From the NCBI GenBank assembly GCA_963755715.1, contig CAVWLW010000027.1:192001-256000 (forward strand): DNA of 64,000 nucleotides, in the 5' to 3' direction. Of the stretch, positions 60,068-64,000 are shown one piece after another (position 1 is the stretch's first letter; the number at the start of each line of letters is the position of its first letter). Origin of the DNA: an uncultured delta proteobacterium (GTDB lineage: Bacteria; Desulfobacterota; Binatia; UBA9968). A program made the position numbers and the translations under genes. The notes under the pieces were generated by a model, which saw only the letters and a program-made list of their open reading frames with translations, ran no database searches and was not told the origin of the DNA.

Positions 60068-62766
60068 CTATTTTCCCGGCTTCGCCTTTGCGACTGAAGC
60101 TGGAGCCGCCGGCGCGGGAGCAGCAGCGCCGCGACCGATGCTCATCAGATAATCGCGCAGCGCCTCGATCTGTAAATCTTCCTTGCCACCGAGAATATTA
60201 TCCGGTCCGCCGGGATAGAAAGACGGCATTTTGGTCCCAGGTTGCAACTTTTTGCGGGTCTTTCAACCACTTCAGAATCCAGTTTGGATTGAGCCGTTGG
60301 CGGGCCAAAGTCAGATCCGGCGCCCAGCCGTCAACCGGACCTTCGGGCTTCTTGTCGCCCTGTTGGTGACAGCTGAAACAATTGAAGTAGTCTTTAGAAA
60401 CGAGCTGCTTTGCGGCGTCGATATAATCGGGTGGGATCGTCTTATCATCGAAGTACGTATAGGGGATTTCGACTTTGGCAAGCCCGTTGAAAAAATTGAT
60501 CAATTGATTCGCGTGTTCATCCGAGAAACCGAACGTCGGCATGCGCACTTCAAGCCAAGGACGAATCGGCACCGGTGCTTTCAGGAAGCTGAAAAACCAA
60601 TTCGATTGAACCTTCTCGCCTTCACCGTTGAGAACCGGCGGCGCCAGAGTTGGATTCTCTTGATAATACTTCCTAATGTATCCGCCGCGCTTTTCGATCT
60701 CATGACAGCCTACACAATTGTACTGTTGCATCAAGCGGCGTCCTTCGACGACCTGCTGGACGCGTAATCCTTGATCCGCCTGATAGCGTTGACCGACTCG
60801 GCGCTCGCGGAATCCGGCCAGCAAAATGCGTAACGCCTTGATATCCTCGTCGGCGAGATCAAATTGGGGCATCACTTGCTCGATCCGCTCGGTCGCGTAA
60901 ATTCGCGGCGTCTTGAGCTTATTGTAAGTCCAGTCGTCCCAAGTTTCTTTAATATCGGTGCGATTGCCAAAAAACAGCTCTTCTTTCGCCTTGGAGCCAA
61001 AGGTCGTGAGCTCGGCGCCGATCCGGGACTCTTTTTCCATGCCCTTGATCTCGTGACAGCCGAAGCAACCCCACTTGCGCACGAGCGATTCGCCTTTTTT
61101 GATATTCGCGGCATCCGCAAATTTTTGCTCGAATGCCGGGCATCGGATCGCCTTTGCGTTCCGAGCGTTGTCAAATAGGCGGTGATCGCGAAGGCTTCAT
61201 CATCGGAGAGACGCAGACTCGGCATCCGCGTTTCGGGCGAAAAGCCGCGCGGATTTTTGATCCAGTTATAGATCCACTGGGCGTCCGACTTTGGCCGAAA
61301 TGTCCTTCAAGTTCGGCACTAGGTCCTTGGATTTGCCGAGCGGCGTGGTGAATTCGCCGTCGGCAAAACCGTGGCAGCCCCGACACCCGATGCTGTCGAC
61401 GAGCTTTTTCCCCTTCGCAGCCGTATTGGCATCCCGTCGCGCCTAAGCCCGCGGGCGCCGGATGCGCCTGGGTCCATTTGTCGCCTTCTTCTTTGGATTG
61501 CGACCACAGGTAGGAAGCGATCGCGATGGCGTCGTCCTCTTTGAAGTCGAAATTCGGCATGCGCGTGCGCGGACGAAATTTATGGGGATTCTCGATCCAG
61601 CGCACCATCCAGCTCGGATCGACCTTGGCGCTGATCTTCAACAGGCTGGGCGCGATTTTTGGAATATTCTCGTAGCCTTTGACTAAATGACAACCGGTGC
61701 AACCGACCTGCTCGAAGAGCCTCTGACCTTCGACCAGCAGCGGCGCATCGTCTGCGAATTTCTGCACATCCAGATGACATGAAGTGCAGCTCGATTGCGC
61801 CTTAGCGCCGCGCAGCAGCGGAAATTCCCACAGATGAACTTCACCGTGGGCTTGATTGACGCTATTGACGGCCACGCCCTGGCCATCGTGGCAACTGGTG
61901 CAACCAAACTTATCCGGCGGATGAGCATTATCAGCCAATAGCACTTCGCGCCGCGGGTGGCTCTTAAAAGGGTGGGCTTCCTTTTCGAAACCGGGTCGAT
62001 TGATCGCCATGTGGCAAGTTTGGCAGCGATCGACGCGCGCCACCGGCTGATCGAAACGGTTACGGTCAAACTCATCGAGAGACACCTGTTGAATCTTGGG
62101 AATCTTGTAGGGCCGCAGCGGGCCGAGCTTGAACGTGTCGTTTTCCATCACCCGGACCCATTTGTCCCGTTCGATGCTCATTTTGGTGAGTTCGTCTTCG
62201 ATCTCCTTTGAGCCCAACTGGATCTTTTTTATTTCTTCTTTTAGCTGGTTGCGTCGGTCGCGCGCGGGTTCCAGCTCCTTATCCAGTTGCGCTTTGCTTT
62301 TTTCGAGCTCGCCGATAAGGTCCAGGTAAGGTTTGGGATCGCGTTTTTGTTGGACCGCGTGATCGTGCTCATACCAGGCTTCTTCGAGCTCGCTTTTGAC
62401 GTTCTTAACTTTTTGATCGGCTTCTTGGAACTTGACTGTCGCTCGGCCCTCCTCGCTTTCCAGCGCCTTCAGTTTCTTGCCGAGCTCGCCGCCAGCCAGA
62501 CTCGCCTGATACGCCGCGAGCTTTTTCGAGAGCTCTTGATACTTGGCGTCCTCCTTAAGCTTCTTGTCCTCTTCATCGTAAGCCGCTTGAGCCTTGCTGT
62601 AATCGAGACGGTAGAAGTATGCCTGAACGCTCTTCCACGGACGACGGGTAAAGTTGTCATCCCAATACGCCCATAAAGACAACGCCACCAAAAGAGCGAT
62701 GCCGATTACAAAGACGCTGCCATAGGATTTTTTCTCTTCTTTTGGGTCGACCCCTCGCTCCGCCAT
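60068..62766 (-). CDS. Membrane-anchored octaheme cytochrome c of the cytochrome bc-type complex (frameshifts near 61440, 61280, 61140 and 60240)
   Basis: N-terminal TM helix, long coiled coil, CQTCH, CTSCH, CTSCH, CTGCH, CRGCH (shifted frame, about 61371-61385), CFGCH, CVGCH, CFSCH; corrected C-terminus ...PGTKMPSFYPGG...AKAKPGK stops at 60068. Confidence 0.87.
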
Positions 62767-62776
62767 CCCGACTCCC

Positions 62777-62944
62777 TTATGCTACCTTGCGTTCGAGCAC
62801 GCGTCCCAAGGAAAACACCCCGAGACCGATTAACGACAGCACGATTTCTTCAGCCATTGAAGAATTTCTCATGACTCCGACGAACAGGGCATAGCCCATA
62901 TCCGCGAGGCCCAAAGCCTGGAGAATCTTCGCCACGTAAAACAT
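62777..62944 (-). CDS. 55-aa two-TM membrane microprotein within the cytochrome operon
   Basis: MFYVAKILQALGLADMGYALFVGVMRNSSMAEEIVLSLIGLGVFSLGRVLERKVA; ATG abuts the upstream stop and exactly fills the gap; below the ORF-track cut-off. Confidence 0.75.
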   Translation of the reverse strand: MFYVAKILQALGLADMGYALFVGVMRNSSMAEEIVLSLIGLGVFSLGRVLERKVA

Positions 62945-63712
62945 TTAGATATTGATCCAGGGCGTGACTAACACATATTTAACGTTGAACAGCAGCCGCA
63001 AGGCCATCTTCGCGGGGAGCGAAAGCATGATGGCAATGAGCGCCGCGGTGATCGAAAAACGCACCATGCCCCAGCGCTCGATAAAATCTTTGCCTTTGAC
63101 CTTCAAAACAAAAAGGTAGAACAGAGCGATCGTTACGACGAAATAGCCGCCGATCATGACGAGGCTGAACACCGCCGACCACCAATAATCTCGAAAGCCG
63201 ACCAGATACGGCAGATCGACATTGGTCAGAGCGACGACTTTGTGCAGATCCCATTTCTGCCACGGCCAAAAAAGATTCCAGCCCGGGCCGCGGAAAAAAG
63301 TTCCGATCATGATCATGGTAATCCACAAGATGTGAAAGCCGAAAAAAAACGTCAGGATCTCCCACTTTCGATCTTTGAAACAGTAGTAGCCGTTGCCCTT
63401 CGGATTGATGTCGATATAGGGAATGACCATCAAGCCGACGATAATCAGGCTCGGTAATACGACGCCGGCATTCCACGGATCGAAGTAAACCAACATCTCC
63501 TGGAGTCCAAGAAAGTACCACGGAGCTTTGGACGGATTGGGCGTGCGCGTGGGGTTCGCCGCCTCTTCTAGCGGCGCATCGACCGTCAAGGCCCATAGCG
63601 TCAACGCCCCGAGGATAAATAGCGCAACGAGAAACTCCATGCGCACCAAGTGCGGCCAGGTATGCACCTTATCATCAACGGGAAGCTTTCTTTCGCGGGT
63701 AGCCTCTGCCAT
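62945..63712 (-). CDS. Cytochrome b subunit IV (PetD/QcrC-like C-terminal half of split cytochrome b)
   Basis: TWPHL, APLEEAANP..TPNPSKAPWYF (PEWY-equivalent), further TM helices. Confidence 0.87.
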   Translation of the reverse strand: MAEATRERKLPVDDKVHTWPHLVRMEFLVALFILGALTLWALTVDAPLEEAANPTRTPNPSKAPWYFLGLQEMLVYFDPWNAGVVLPSLIIVGLMVIPYIDINPKGNGYYCFKDRKWEILTFFFGFHILWITMIMIGTFFRGPGWNLFWPWQKWDLHKVVALTNVDLPYLVGFRDYWWSAVFSLVMIGGYFVVTIALFYLFVLKVKGKDFIERWGMVRFSITAALIAIMLSLPAKMALRLLFNVKYVLVTPWINI

Positions 63713-63736
63713 TTGCGTGCCTCGATTCTGAAATTC

Positions 63737-64000
63737 TTATAGAGACGGACCGGAGAAGCCGTCACGGCGAATACGCCAGAAGTGCACGGCCATCAGGATA
63801 CTGGCGACCATCGGAATGAAGATACAGTGCAAAATGTAGAATCGCAGCAGCGTGTGCGGGCCGATCTCGCCGCCGCCGAATAAAAAGGCGCGAGCGTCGT
63901 AGATCGGGTTGGCGCCGACAAAATCCGCGAATGGCCCCTCGTAACCCAAGAGCGGCGTCGCGCGCGCCATATTGGAGCCGACGGTCACGGCCCAGATAGC
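63737..64000 (-). CDS. Cytochrome b6-type (split cytochrome b, N-terminal subunit), C-terminal part only
   Basis: WAVTVGSNM, LLRFYILHC...MAVHFWRIRRDGFSGP (two heme His; b6-like ending). Confidence 0.9.
   Translation of the reverse strand, partial: AIWAVTVGSNMARATPLLGYEGPFADFVGANPIYDARAFLFGGGEIGPHTLLRFYILHCIFIPMVASILMAVHFWRIRRDGFSGPSL

Noticed and set aside
60068-62766. Hydroxylamine oxidoreductase/octaheme nitrite reductase
   Set aside because: Hemes are spaced as repeated class I-like c domains (CxxCH...P.L...W...P....MP) with no CxxCK or HAO-type spacing.

Overview
A 64-kb, moderately GC-rich, gene-dense bacterial chromosomal segment with about 52 genes. No rRNA, tRNA, CRISPR array, prophage or transposase was recognised. 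The gene content (many ABC substrate-binding proteins, MmgE/PrpD, UbiD, class II aldolases, phthalate-dioxygenase-like Rieske oxygenases, a split cytochrome b with a multiheme cytochrome c) resembles Candidatus Binatia/Binatota-like 'deltaproteobacterial' soil genomes; this is an inference, not a database result. About 20 genes are interrupted by single-base frameshifts, most likely long-read assembly indels, so several ORFs in the supplied track are fragments or false fusions. Main blocks: (i) 1-1000, a Zn-dependent dehydrogenase fragment and a compact module of a textbook sigma54 promoter (with IHF site and palindromic enhancer) driving a 66-aa protein with a classical C2H2 zinc-finger motif, whose 3' region carries a stem-loop exposing an anti-Shine-Dalgarno loop (candidate sRNA); this is the most novel-looking element; (ii) 1.3-20 kb, GH13 amylase, a TctBAC/PrpD/enolase-superfamily operon, cupin, VOC, aminotransferase, amidase, an orphan carboxyltransferase, a second PrpD, hydroxy-acid oxidase and a CsgG-like lipoprotein; (iii) 20-54 kb, an aromatic/organic-acid scavenging region (two Rieske oxygenases, molybdo-hydroxylase large subunit, UbiD, 4,5-dihydroxyphthalate-decarboxylase-like protein, atypical asparaginase, two tandem alpha/beta hydrolases) holding 13 of the window's 15 ABC binding proteins but only two permeases and one ATPase; (iv) 54-64 kb, acs, SDR, ferredoxin-NADP reductase-like protein and the distal part of a cytochrome bc-type operon with an octaheme cytochrome c and a putative type-1 copper protein. 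Several intergenic short tandem repeats and REP-like palindromes are present.
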